NCBI GenBank assembly: GCA_004764695.1
Contig: SMSO01000025.1
Location: 1,984,001-2,048,000 of the forward strand
Origin: Schizochytrium sp. TIO01
Lineage: Eukaryota; Protista; Bigyra: Labyrinthulomycetes
Length of the DNA stretch: 64,000 bases
Direction: 5' to 3'
In this document: piece by piece, positions 47,264-59,100 of the stretch
How the letters are laid out: each line of letters begins with the position of its first letter
How positions within the stretch are numbered: the stretch's first letter is position 1
Translations under genes and position numbers: made by a program
The notes under the pieces: model-generated
Told to the model about the DNA's origin: nothing
Seen by the model: the letters and a program-made list of their open reading frames with translations, nothing else
Database searches by the model: none

Positions 47264-48524
47264 TGTATTAGTTGCTTCGATTCCAAATGCGTACCAACAG
47301 CTTTGTAGGCTGTCAAAGAGCATTTAATAAGAACTTGGCCAAAGGAGAAGAGAGAACTGTTCAACAAGCTGACTCCCCACCAACAATAAGTCAATTAGAG
47401 ATCAACGGCGTCCAGCACGATCTACTTCCTAATCAAACTATTGAAGTGCACGAGAACCTCAAACAGAACTTTGCGGTCTTGGATACCTTGTACTGCACCG
47501 CCCTTTGTTTCGTTTCCGTCCGTCAAGGTCAAAGAGAGAGGGAAATGAAAGAAGTTGCAATTTATGCGCGTGTATCTGCTTTGAAGGTTCGTCCGCCTGT
47601 GGCACGTGCGCCGGAGTCTTTGCAAATCGATACCTACGTTTACGCTCACTGGAAAGCAGGTGTAACCGTGCGAGTTGTTGAGGCGAAGTTCACACGAGCA
47701 AACGAGGCGAGATCGTGGTTTGTTTACCGCGTAGATCTCAAATTCCCTTGTTTGTCTCTGTCTATTTACCTAAACACACAACTCGAAACAACTTTTAGTT
47801 CACTTCACTTAGTAGTAGGTACCGACCTACTACTAATGAAGATGCTATTTACTGCTAATAAGAGAAGTAAATTCGATTATTTTTATTAAAGAAAAAAAAA
47901 AATAGATTCTGGGTAGTATAAATAAATCAAAATAAACAATATACTTACCCAGAACTAGATGGCGATTGAATAATAAAAGCAATGATTAATTAGCCACAAC
48001 CTCTGTTCATGCAAACACGCATGCAGATGGGCAGCTACGAGCCTTTTTCTTCATCATTATGCTATGGCAACTATCACGTTTAAGCAATGTGTTTTCTTTC
48101 CTTCTGTCCTTTTCTTCGCCTTATTCCTGCTTATGACCATCGATATTTGCGCATACATTTTCATTCATTCGTTCATGTGTCTGTCTATTTCTTTTCTTTT
48201 ATTTGCATCGTCACGAATGATCTATTTTTTTTCTCCCTTATGTCCTCACTGTGATCGTCGGTTCTCACCTCGCTCGTGGTTACCAGCGCAAACCTGGCCG
48301 GTTCAGGAGCTCGGCGGCACTGTGATTGTTCTTTGCTACCTTTGACAAGTTGCACCTTCGTCAGCCAGTTCCCCTTTTTCGTTGCTGCCTTTTTGTTTTT
48401 ATTTCTGTTCATACTGCAGAATTGGGTGCATAATTGGACGCACGCAATCATAAAAGTCACAAGCATCACCAAAAGGTCTTCGACGCGATGCATCGCATCG
48501 CATAGCATTGCATCGCACTGCATC

Positions 48525-49080
48525 ATGGCAACGCAAGACGAATTCCATCTTCAAGGTACCTTGGAATGGTCTTATGATCAACACCTTATGGCGAACGAAT
48601 TGTTTCATAGATGAATAGAGGATGAATTGCAAGAATTTAATCTGGGAATGCAACCAAGAACCCGAGGCTGCGAGGGAGGGAACTAGTATTGATTCACAGC
48701 ACAAGTACAACTTCGAGGTGTGAAAAACTACCAGCGCAGCAAGGCATATTTGCCCATGATGGAAGAAGGTGCCGAGTAGTGGTGGCAGTGGTGGCAGTGG
48801 TAGTGCTCGACGTCGTTCGCCTGCCAGTGGTTGCTTTGTCGTCTACCCCTCTTGTACACTTTGCGATGTCCGCTTTGCTCGCTCGGCAAATCCTTCAACT
48901 TGCCAGGAAAAATCGCAAAGCACACACCCAACTCCAACTTCAACCTCGTTCGGCAGCTCGGCAGTCAACATCGCTCGCGCTCATCCACATTCTCTCTGTA
49001 CAGCGTACACACCGCCATGCGAGTCCTCATGGAGACTGAGGGTTTCACGCTTCTGCAATTGCGTGTGACCTGAATCGCAC
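48525..49080 (+). pseudogene. Probable decayed C2H2 zinc-finger gene
   Basis: ATG at 48525 followed by in-frame stops; YPSCTLCDVRFARSAN (~48843-48890), then in a shifted frame RKAHT and SLALIHILSV, resembling finger C-termini. Confidence 0.35.
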
Positions 49081-49129
49081 CGTTCTTAATTAAGAACCTT
49101 ACTGAGTGACGCCATGGTAAGTCAGGTAA

Positions 49130-49400
49130 TACTACAACAGCGGCTCATGATGGCTGTTCAGGCAATCGTGCAAATGATGAAGAAAAGCAACTAACCACGA
49201 TCTAGATGGAGCCAGCGGGGATTTCTCAATTGAGTAGAGTCCAGCGAGACAGAACTAACTGAATCACGCCATGTTGATGTACAAGATCACAGTCAAGCTT
49301 CCGCCTTGTATTAGTACTGCTATCTACCTACTGGGAGATTTATAAAACGCCATCAAAATGGTACCTCAATCGAAAATGGGCCCACAATCTCAAGTTTTAA
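49130..49400 (-). pseudogene. Probable decayed 2OG-Fe(II) oxygenase (prolyl-4-hydroxylase-like) fragment
   Basis: HFDG (49360-49349), SLTVILYIN (49299-49273), RG*LLFF (49199-49179) and HHE (~49150) occur in the order of the HxD...TxxxYLN...GxxLxF...HE motifs. Confidence 0.35.
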
Positions 49401-51614
49401 TGACAGACTCACTCGACGGAAATATACCCAGCACAGAACTCCAAGGACACTTCAACACCCTTGGCTCCAGCTTGTAATATGAGCAAATACCCTGCCGGTG
49501 GCCGATTCAGATCCAGCATGGTCGTAGCGATTCCTGCTCGAGGTAGTACACATGTCGAGATGTGTGGATGGTTCACGTGCTGCGCAATGAACTAGAAGCT
49601 AAGGCTTAAACTAAACTCCTAGTGTTATCACTACAGTTGTCGTAGCAGCCAGAACTGAGGTAAGCATCCACTACTCAAGAAGAGAAGATGAATTATTCTT
49701 TTTATTTAGTTCATGCTTGCAGTGGCAAGCTACGAAGCCCTGCTGAGATAACCATGAAACAAGTCCGGTAGAGTGATTTGATCTCTCTCTATGCTTTGCC
49801 ATTCTATTAAATGTTAATCATAATTGGTTGAGTTTCATGTTGCAAATGCATGATGACTCTTATGACTGAAGTGGAGTACCGCTTCCAAGCTCAGAAGTGT
49901 GTATGTGTATGCGTTTATGAGAAAATCCAGCATCATTAAGCACCACTTATCAAAATCAATTCAAATCGAGGTAGGTAAGTAGCGTCATGATAGGTTGATG
50001 ACATATATAGAATCATTCTGATGATGATGTTGGTATCGAAGTCCGAATGAGTTGTCAATACAAAATTTGCAAATCACCTTTCAGAGTGGAAATTCTTCAA
50101 TCACCTCATCTTTTAAATTAAATGGGTACCTCTATACTAGAGGCTGTGGCTAGCAAGGATGTTCTATGCGAAAGCACAGTTGTTATTCAGTTTGAGAGCC
50201 ATTGCGACTCTACAGTGACTGGTTCTGAGAGAGCAGAAACGATTTAAGAGGTACCCTGTCTAGCTTGCAAATTCTGCGAGTGCATAGAACACCTTGAACT
50301 AGTCCACGCAGGTTTAAAGGTCAGAGACGTTTTTGTTTCGATGATACTACCTAGGAACCTACTTAGTTTTGTAAAAATTAACGAACGTAGAACTCGTTAA
50401 GATGGGTACTAATTGTATCATCAGCAAATACGAAATCATCTAATCACACCCAGTCTATGGCTCCTATTCTCAAGATTGGGACACATCAAACTTAAAAAAG
50501 AAAAAATGAAAACACAATCTGATTCTTGGGGTATTTGTTTTCAGTCACCACAGCGAAGTTATACATATAGAGCTTAGCCTGCGCTAATCTGAGCAAGAAT
50601 CTTCTTAATATTTTAGATACCTACCCTTTGAATAGCTCATGTAGGTTTCAAATTGAGATTCTTCATGAGGCTGCGTTATCATAACTCCAGCCTTACTAGT
50701 CTGACTTCTGACACAAAAGCAGAAGATGTACTCGCCTGCCTCTTCGTTTCAATAGTTGGTGGGTGGCGCTGATTTTCAACGTGTGCTTCATTGCAAGCCC
50801 ACTTTGAGAATGTACAGCGCTAGAGGTACGCAATTGAAGCCAGAAACTGGAAATATTAGGCTTGAAAGTTAAAAAAAACAAAAAAACATTTAATTTTTTT
50901 TTAAAATTAAATATATATATTTTTAATAAATAAAAATAAAATAATACAAACCACTGATGAAGAAACCCAGAAAAGCAAAGCGAATGTAAAATCCCATGAT
51001 AAGAGATGATAAGGGAGAATGTTGCCAACCAGAAAATGAAACTTTGACAAGGGTATTCCCACATGCGCTATAATTTTCACAAATCTTTCTAATTAGCTTC
51101 TTTTGGAGGAGCAGAATACGAACACTAAACCTATTCACTATGACAAGGGCAAAAGTAAAGCTTTTAGCTCATTTGGAGCCGAGTATAGAATATTTACGCC
51201 TTTTCTATAAATTCATCTACAGAACGATTGAGTTCCTTTTTATCAGTTTTAAGATCGCTTGTTTTGCTGTATTTAGTACTAATAGGTAGGCGCAGATATG
51301 GAATCTCGTTCTTTCTAACGGATCTATATAATTGAATGTTAGGTTGTGTGATACACTATTCTGAAGTTCGTAGTGTGTATTTGACCATCTGTAAATATGA
51401 GAATGCAGATCTCTTCCAGCGATATAACAAGCCTAAGATTAGTACGTGTGTTTCGGAGAAGACAAGAAACAGCATTAAGAAAAGCCACGAACGACGTTGC
51501 TTGGGTTCGCACTCAGACTGCAAAATCAACGAGGCAATACGTGTTGCGCCTTCATCACAAACAGTCTAAGCGAGTACTTACAGGACTTCCCGCAGGTATT
51601 TATCTTGTGGCAAA

Positions 51615-52682
51615 ATGTCAAACAAGGGCACTGTTGCGTTGCGTGGTGGAAAAACCATCTATGGCCCAAGCACTCTCAATGGAAATTGGGTGGAGGATCG
51701 TGCCACTGGAAACTCTACTCAATTTTCGGAGGCGCCAGGGTTTAAAACAACAAAGGGTGACGCCGAGCTTGAGGGTGTGAGGCGGTCTCTCAAGCACTTT
51801 GGCCTGGGCTTGGATCTCGAAAGCAAATATGAATCTCCTCTTAGCTTAATTTCCTACCAGGACCCGAGCAAGCTAGAGAAGCCTCTTAGCATTTCACAGA
51901 CGGCCTATAACACTGACCATCATGGGATATTTCAAGACCAATTTGGCTCAAAGTCTCCACTGAAGTCAGCACCGATGCGAAGAGATCAGCTTCGCAAATA
52001 TCGCTCCACCTGGTCTATGGATCGTGAGACTCGTGACAGGCGATTCCTTACCGAGAACATGCACTGCCACAACGCCTCCGTAGATTCCCAATATCGGACC
52101 CGTGGAATCCGAGATCTTCCCAATGTTCCTGTTCCAGTTCGCAACTTGCGTGCTGCAATTCTCGAGAGTCACGGAACACACGCAATGCACCTTATGCAAC
52201 GCGTCTTCAAGGCATATGATGTAGATCATAGCAGAACTTTATCTCGTGCAGAACTTCTTGAGCTTTTGAAGGATCTTAACCAACGTCTTGTCCCGGACGA
52301 TTTTGAAGTTGTATGGCAACACTTTGATCGCGATTCATCAGGCGCGATCGACCACGAGGAGTTTGTCCGAGGCATGCAAGGAGAGTTCGCAGGGGAAAGA
52401 CTTCTTCTAGTACTTGATACGTATGCAAATCTATTGTCATCCTTCAACAACCCACTTACGCTAAGGACTCTACTGAACGCGTTTGTATTAAAACCCCGAG
52501 GCCTCCGAAACACCAAACACCTGGATTGCGTTGCCAAAGAATTCGCGAACCAGTGGGTATTTCTTGACACGGACAGTGAGATCACAGAGGATCTCTTCGT
52601 AGACTATTTTGCGAGCTTATCACCGGCAGTCATTGATGATGGAGAATTTGCTTCTATCGTTCAGACCTCTTTCAAGCTGTAA
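51615..52682 (+). CDS. Calcyphosin-like EF-hand protein with N-terminal NWE-type ciliary microtubule-inner-protein motif
   Basis: YGPSTLNGNWVEDR at the N-terminus; EF-hand loops DVDHSRTLSRAE and DRDSSGAIDHEE; calcyphosin-like tail (EFVRGMQG..ERLLLV, ITEDLFVDYFASLSPAVIDDGEFASIV). Confidence 0.85.
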   Translation: MSNKGTVALRGGKTIYGPSTLNGNWVEDRATGNSTQFSEAPGFKTTKGDAELEGVRRSLKHFGLGLDLESKYESPLSLISYQDPSKLEKPLSISQTAYNTDHHGIFQDQFGSKSPLKSAPMRRDQLRKYRSTWSMDRETRDRRFLTENMHCHNASVDSQYRTRGIRDLPNVPVPVRNLRAAILESHGTHAMHLMQRVFKAYDVDHSRTLSRAELLELLKDLNQRLVPDDFEVVWQHFDRDSSGAIDHEEFVRGMQGEFAGERLLLVLDTYANLLSSFNNPLTLRTLLNAFVLKPRGLRNTKHLDCVAKEFANQWVFLDTDSEITEDLFVDYFASLSPAVIDDGEFASIVQTSFKL

Positions 52683-53419
52683 TATCCCAATCATTTCCAA
52701 GTACTCCTGGTAATAATTCACTGCAAAATAAAACAACATAATCGAATAATCACGAAACTTTATATTACAAGCCCTCTCCTTTCAAAGATCTCTGCGTTAT
52801 GCATCAATTGGCAGCATCATTAAAAGTTCACCATCTCGTTTCCTAATGGGCTTCACAAAGATGTTCGTGCCTTTATCCACTTAGCTTGATTATTGAAGCA
52901 GTACTGTATCTACTTGCTTACCTAGGTATTGGTAATCAATCTCCTCCGGCTTGAGTTTACGCATACGTAGAGGGATGGTTAGAGTTAACGTCGACTCATT
53001 GGAGTGCTTCACAAGAAGCAAAGTATTTTTGTGAAAGCCATGATCCGAGTCAGTCCCTACATCTGCCAGCACCATAAAGTCATCAGTGCTAGTAGATTAT
53101 TAGGGATTAGAGACCATGGTGCTTGTTGCTAGTCAATAGCAATAACATACTACTAAGGTTCTACCGTAATAGGTTAGTGTTCTGAAAGATAAATAAATAG
53201 ACTAGTTTAAGGCACATTCGTCCAAAGATCAAAAGACCAAGCAGAGTATAGACTAGTTGATCGCCACGGAAGATATCCTCCGTGCAGGAGATCAGGCAGG
53301 CACAATTTCTGCTTTGAAGCAAGGAGTGCTGACACATCTTCTCAGGCTTGTTGAGCATACATACACTAAAGGGCTTTTAGCGTAAAGAGTGAGTTTGCGA
53401 ACGAAGCTAGGGACAAAAC

Positions 53420-54922
53420 ATGAGCGAAGAAGACGGCTCGCGCCCTCTTTCTGAGACGCAAACGAGGGCTTTAGAGAGTGCCGAAGGACCTGGAGATGAG
53501 TGCCAAGGTGCAGAGCTGGCTGCAGAAACACCTCCGGATGCTGTCCTTGCTGCACAAGATAAAGTGTGGACAAGAGAAGAGGCTATTCGGCAAGATCGCT
53601 TGGACGTTCGTGAAGTCATCCATGCGCATCACTTGAAGACTTTTACAGAAGACTTTGCCAAGCTGGTATGTCATAAAACTGCGTACCGGCGCCTGATGCT
53701 CCATGTCCAGTTTACCGATGCCTACCCAGCAGAGCCACTTCATGTAGAGGTATCAAGTGACACCCTCCCGAGCAAGCTAGTGGATAAGTTGCAAACGATG
53801 TTTCGAGAAAAGCTCGCAAAACCAGAGTCAGAAGGAGGTCTTGGTACGCTTGGTAAACCGCAAGTGGCAGCATTTTACTCATATGTGGACGAGATGATCC
53901 ACGAAAATCAGCTCCTTTGGGCCACTCCTGAAGTACGGCAGGTGCTTGCCTTGTCGAAAGAAAAGCCCTCATTTACAGTCTTAGTCAACGATACCGAAGG
54001 CACTTTGAAGATCAAAGCCACTGCTGGAAAGTACATGATGAAAGCTGTGATTCGTGTCCCTGATGAGTACCCAGCCGAGCCTTTAGAGATTGATATTCCA
54101 AAGTCGAGCTTCCCCGCCACCGTCTACACAGTGTTTCTGATGCAATCGCGAGAGATTGCTCGTAAATGCTCAATTGGCATCTCCGTAGAGAGGGCGATCC
54201 AGCAGTCTACGACGGTGGTAGCGGAACGACTTATTGCTCCTCCACAAAAAGCAAGTGGAGACCGCCCTTTGCATATTACAAGCAGCTATCTTAAGGACGT
54301 CAAGCATGATGTAAATTTCCTTAAGCAGGCGACTGATCTTCGTCAAATGAATGCATCCTACAACAAACAATTGCATCAGTATGAGCACAGCACAAAAGTT
54401 CGTCGGGCCGCTCGTCGAGAGTTGCGGAAACTTGCGAAATCTGAATTTGAAAAGGAACTCGCTCGTGAAGAGGCTGAAGCTGCAAAGGCAGAAGAAGAGC
54501 AGCTTAGAGAGTGGCGTCGTGTTACTGGCAACGAGGAGCTACCACCTCAGCGTTGTTTGCGCCAAGTCGTAGAGTTTCTCACGCGCGGCTTTATTTTTCG
54601 TCTGGTAAATGAAAAGTCGCTAGTATCTGGCAAACGTGTGTTCCCAGAGGACCCTGTAAAGGCAGCAGACATGATTGAACGCCGTCGAAACAACCGCCCT
54701 ACACGTGCGCCTTCATGTGGCTGCTGGTGGATCTTCTCTGAGCTCAAAGAATTCATGGAAACCCCGCCTTTCCCAAAGCCTTGTCCTCGACCGGAGTGTC
54801 ATGGTGCGATCGTGGAGCATCCTGATTTCGAGAGTGATCCAAAAAAACGCGAGCTTGCCTATTCCAAGCAGCAGGCTGTCAAACGCGAATTGCAAGAAGT
54901 CGAAGACTTTCTTGGTATGTAA
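53420..54922 (+). CDS. Tandem RWD/UBC-like domains + coiled coil + degenerate RING-like C-terminus
   Basis: Two YPxxP RWD signatures (LHVQFTDAYPAEPLHVEV; AVIRVPDEYPAEPLEIDI); C-terminal SLVS...SCGCWW..SEL..FM..PPF.KPCPRPEC. Confidence 0.75.
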   Translation: MSEEDGSRPLSETQTRALESAEGPGDECQGAELAAETPPDAVLAAQDKVWTREEAIRQDRLDVREVIHAHHLKTFTEDFAKLVCHKTAYRRLMLHVQFTDAYPAEPLHVEVSSDTLPSKLVDKLQTMFREKLAKPESEGGLGTLGKPQVAAFYSYVDEMIHENQLLWATPEVRQVLALSKEKPSFTVLVNDTEGTLKIKATAGKYMMKAVIRVPDEYPAEPLEIDIPKSSFPATVYTVFLMQSREIARKCSIGISVERAIQQSTTVVAERLIAPPQKASGDRPLHITSSYLKDVKHDVNFLKQATDLRQMNASYNKQLHQYEHSTKVRRAARRELRKLAKSEFEKELAREEAEAAKAEEEQLREWRRVTGNEELPPQRCLRQVVEFLTRGFIFRLVNEKSLVSGKRVFPEDPVKAADMIERRRNNRPTRAPSCGCWWIFSELKEFMETPPFPKPCPRPECHGAIVEHPDFESDPKKRELAYSKQQAVKRELQEVEDFLGM

Positions 54923-56120
54923 GTGTCCCTCAATTTTTTTCAATGGGACGCAATATTCATTTATTATATTTTATATCTTGCCTTGCATACATTTCCTTCT
55001 TCATTTGAAAGAAAATAAAATATGTTTTCTTACCTCAACTTCCCATACTAAATCAATATATGGGGAACCACCATTCTGAAATTATTTCGAGTTGGAAAAC
55101 ATCAACGAATAGCGATCGCAGGTTAGTTCTTCACATGAGAGCTGTTTCAGCCTCCCAAAATATATTATGCAATATTAGTCGACTAATCATCTCGTTTCCT
55201 TAGTTTGAAGGAAAGAAGCAAAACATATTGTGAATTTTTATTTAATTTTTTTATTTTCCCTTTTTTGAAAGAAACAACACCAACAACACAAATTAAGAAT
55301 AATTGATGAGCAACATCCCAACTCTTGTTGTTCTCTTGTTTTTTTGTTTTTTTTTTGCCTCTTGTGCTTTCTCATTCACTTTCGAGTTTCTTCATATATT
55401 TGTCCATAAAGAAATATATCTCCGCCTCAGCAGACTTCTTCGAGTAATCCATGTCCAAGTCAAAGATGTTAGAGAGATGGAGGTTCCAGCCAGAGCAGTA
55501 TCATTTCATATCTGACTTGTGATGATTAAACGCCCCACTCTCTCCTCGGATGGGACACCTATAAATATGGTACGTTGGCAAATCAATCGCAACGACGGCA
55601 AATCATTGCTGCCTTGATTTATCAATTTCTGTTATCCTGAGTGCCCACGGCATCGAATACTGATGGTTACAATTGCAAATAAGATTGCACTAAATTGTAC
55701 CTGAGTCAAGCAGCAAAAAAATTGCCCTAGACGGTTTGTTTTCTGACATATGCATTGTGCAAATACAAGCAACAAGACCATGCCATAGTAAAGCTCTTAA
55801 GTCTTGCAAAACCCACTTCACAATCATGTAACCAATTTATTCGCTCTGGAACGCATAAAAACAAACACACGAACGAGGGAACAGAAAAGGAAAATTTAGA
55901 GAGCCGGATCGGAGAAAGAGTAAACAACGGAAGTCCACGAGGGTTAGCTCATGTAAGAGAGCACAATATCCAGCAAGTCTAGTATTTTGTTGTTGTGAGA
56001 TTATGCAGCATCCTTAGCACTTCATTTTCTTTGTCCTAAACGCTACTGCTGGGCCATGCATTGGAGGTTATATTGGAGTTGAACGCTTACAAGTCCCTGT
56101 CGTCGAACCCACTGTGCGGT

Positions 56121-59100
56121 TTAGGACGACAACTTTTTAACCTTTTCTAAACTCGTGGATTTGCGTGGTTTGCTATTGCTTGAAGCTGATTTATGTTGTG
56201 ACGAACGAGGGATTTTGCTCTGCAACCATGGGTGGTTCAAACATTTCAAAGCCGTTGCTCGAGCAGATGGCTTGAAGATCAACATTTCACGCAAAAACGA
56301 CGAGAATTCTACTGCAGCCTCTTCCGAGAAGTCATATTTTTCCTTCAAGACTTGCTTGAGAGGCCAGTACTTGAGGTTATGAATATGGCGAAGCTGCCCC
56401 TTTCGGGAAAAAAAGCGTTTAGAATGCTTTCCCGATAGAGCAAACTGCTTGGGAATTTCACCCAGAAGTTCGATCATCAAAGCCAAGTGATCCTCGTCAC
56501 GCTCATAGGTGCCTCCCGACTTCGGGTCGAACAACAGATCGCCAGTAGCGAGCTCAAAAATGACACAAGCAAGAGACCAGATGTCAGCTGACGTGTCATA
56601 CCCAGCGCCAATGATGACCTCCGGGGCGCGGTACTGCCGAGTCTGGATATCTTCAGAGAAATGCTCGTTTGTCCAGCATGCATTGCCCAAATCAACTACC
56701 TTTACAACGATGTTAGCAGGACGGTTTTCGTCAATACTGGGCGCTTGCAAGCCAACTTCACGAATACCCATCGCAGAAGGCAGCTGTTTGGCACCAAATT
56801 TGCCAGACTTTGGACCAGTACGGCGACCGGAAGCTCCAGAAGCACCACCCGTCCCAATCGCGGTCGTGGAAGCAGCTGCCGCTGCCGCTATAATGGGCGA
56901 TCCTAGTCCGCTGGCAGGACCGATAGATCCATGAGCCTTGTCGCCAAAAGATTGCGTAGAACGTGTGCTCACACTGCGCTGTTTGGATATGGGCTTGTAG
57001 CTCTTGCTACGAGATGCAAGGTTTTCTGAACTGCTCTTGTTGGGATCCTCGTTACCGCTAGCAGGAACTGCCCATGACAGTGGAGCACGGTCACATTTTT
57101 CATTGTCAATAAGCTCTTGCGCCATCTCCAAGACACACTCGCGCTGATGCGAAGCAGAGCGCGGGTAAGGGGGCACGACGCAAAAGTTGAGCAAGCGATC
57201 ACGCAATGGGCGAAATGCCGAGGCGCGCATGCGCACACCTTTAATATGTCCTGCAAACTCTTGCGGGTTGTCTTCTTGAAAGCTCGAGCGAAAGAGCTGC
57301 ACAAGGACGCGCATGAGTGTAGGATTGCCAATCAGAGCCGCGGGATCCACACCACCTGAAACAATGTCCCCAGCAATGTGCATAGCAAGGTTTTCCTCCA
57401 GTTTGAAGTAATCTGGAAGCGGCGGGCAACAGACAAAAGAAATAGCAAGATCTTGTTTTGCCTCGAGTGCTTCCAAAGTTGACTCCAAGCAGGTTTCGTC
57501 GCAGAGAACATTCCACTCACATGCATGGTGATCCTCTTCCCATTCCATATCAACTTCTGGCCAACCCATAACCGCGAAAGCATGGCGAAGGGTTCCAAAG
57601 GTCAGTTGCGAGACATCGTGTTTGACGGATCCACTTCCACGAACAATCACATAACCGTTATTAACTGCTTTGCCCGTTTTGTTCTCGCACAGAACAAGGT
57701 TCCAACGCGCTAACGACTGTGGATTCTGGTGTTGTCCAGGTCCACTCAGATTATTTGAGGGTATGTTGGTTGGCTTTCCAAAGGCGCGCTCCATAGCTTT
57801 ATAGGATGCCACAAAGCTTACACAACAAAGGTTTTTACCTTCACCGGGGGGGTCCTCATCTTCAAGATCCTCCTCGTTCGCTAGAAAGAAACTGCGGCGT
57901 CGTGAGGTTTTGTTATCTTTTTCATTTGGCGGGGAGAGTAGAAAATTGCCCACGACAAGATGGTCGTACCAATGCCGGATAGGGCTCTCTTCATTCGGGT
58001 TAAGAGCTGGGTGCGTGGCAACCTTGGAGGCAACAGGTGTTGATTTCAATTTCATATCGTTGGCTACAGTTTGTACTACAACTGACTCATGCACAGCGCC
58101 ACCACTGAAGAGCCCGACCCCTCTACCACTACCGTTAAGGTTCAAGGTCTTTAGCGTCGCTGCAACCGCAGAAAGTGGCGAGTTCACTTCGTCTTCTGTT
58201 CCCATACCGTCGAGTGGAGTAGTGGCTTCATCTCCTTGATCTGCGAGTTCACGACGCCGTGCTTTTAGGCGTTTAAGCTTCTTCTTGAGCTTCTTGCGTT
58301 CCTCTGGCTGGAGGGTTCCCTTCACTGCACCAGTGCGCTCGTCCACAGGGTTGGCTGCGAGAGTACGTTCGATATCTTCGATGGTTTCTACCAAATTAAG
58401 ACGAGTGACAGGAGCGGCTTGGGCTCCTGCCCCGCGGTTGGCGTTATCGTCCTCGGTTTCGTCTCCGTCTTCGTCTTGCAGAGTGAGTTGTGCTGCAGAC
58501 TTATTGCGACCGTGTTTTTTGTTGGTATCATAGCCAAGGTGTTTAGCTTCACAGGCGCGAGCATAAGCGCGGAGAGCGGGTAAGGAGGGGAGGAGCTCGT
58601 CAATGATCTTCCCGTGAAGGCCTGCGACGAGTACGTTTTCAGGTTTAAGGTCAGTGTGAATGATTTTACACTCTGTATGAAGGTAGTGCAGTGCGACACA
58701 CATTTGGTATGTAATTTGGCGAACAAGGTCAAGTGGAATGCCTTGATACTTGTAGTGCTTAATAAGGGTAAGGAGGTTGTCACCAAGGACTTCAAAGACC
58801 ATACACATGTGGTTTCCGTTGGGTCCTTTATGTTCAAAGTGATCAAAGAGTTGGACAACAAAAACGTCATCGTTCTGTTTTAGGCCAGTCTCCGGGTCTG
58901 TTGCCCTTTCCGCAACTGTTTTCAACAATTTTATTTCGTCTAGGGCTGCGTCTCTGTAGGACCTCGCTGACTTTTGGACTTTCATCGCTGCGTATCGTTT
59001 CTGCTTTTGGTCATATACGAGCCAAACCGTTGAAAAGTGGCCCCATCCCAGTTTCTCTTCAACTTCGTAGTGCTTGTTGAATATGTCTCCAATCTGCACG

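Noticed and set aside
47907-47955. ATACTTACCC resembling the U1 snRNA 5' end, within a short inverted repeat
   Set aside because: U1 needs ATACTTACCTG plus downstream stem-loops and an Sm site; these are absent.
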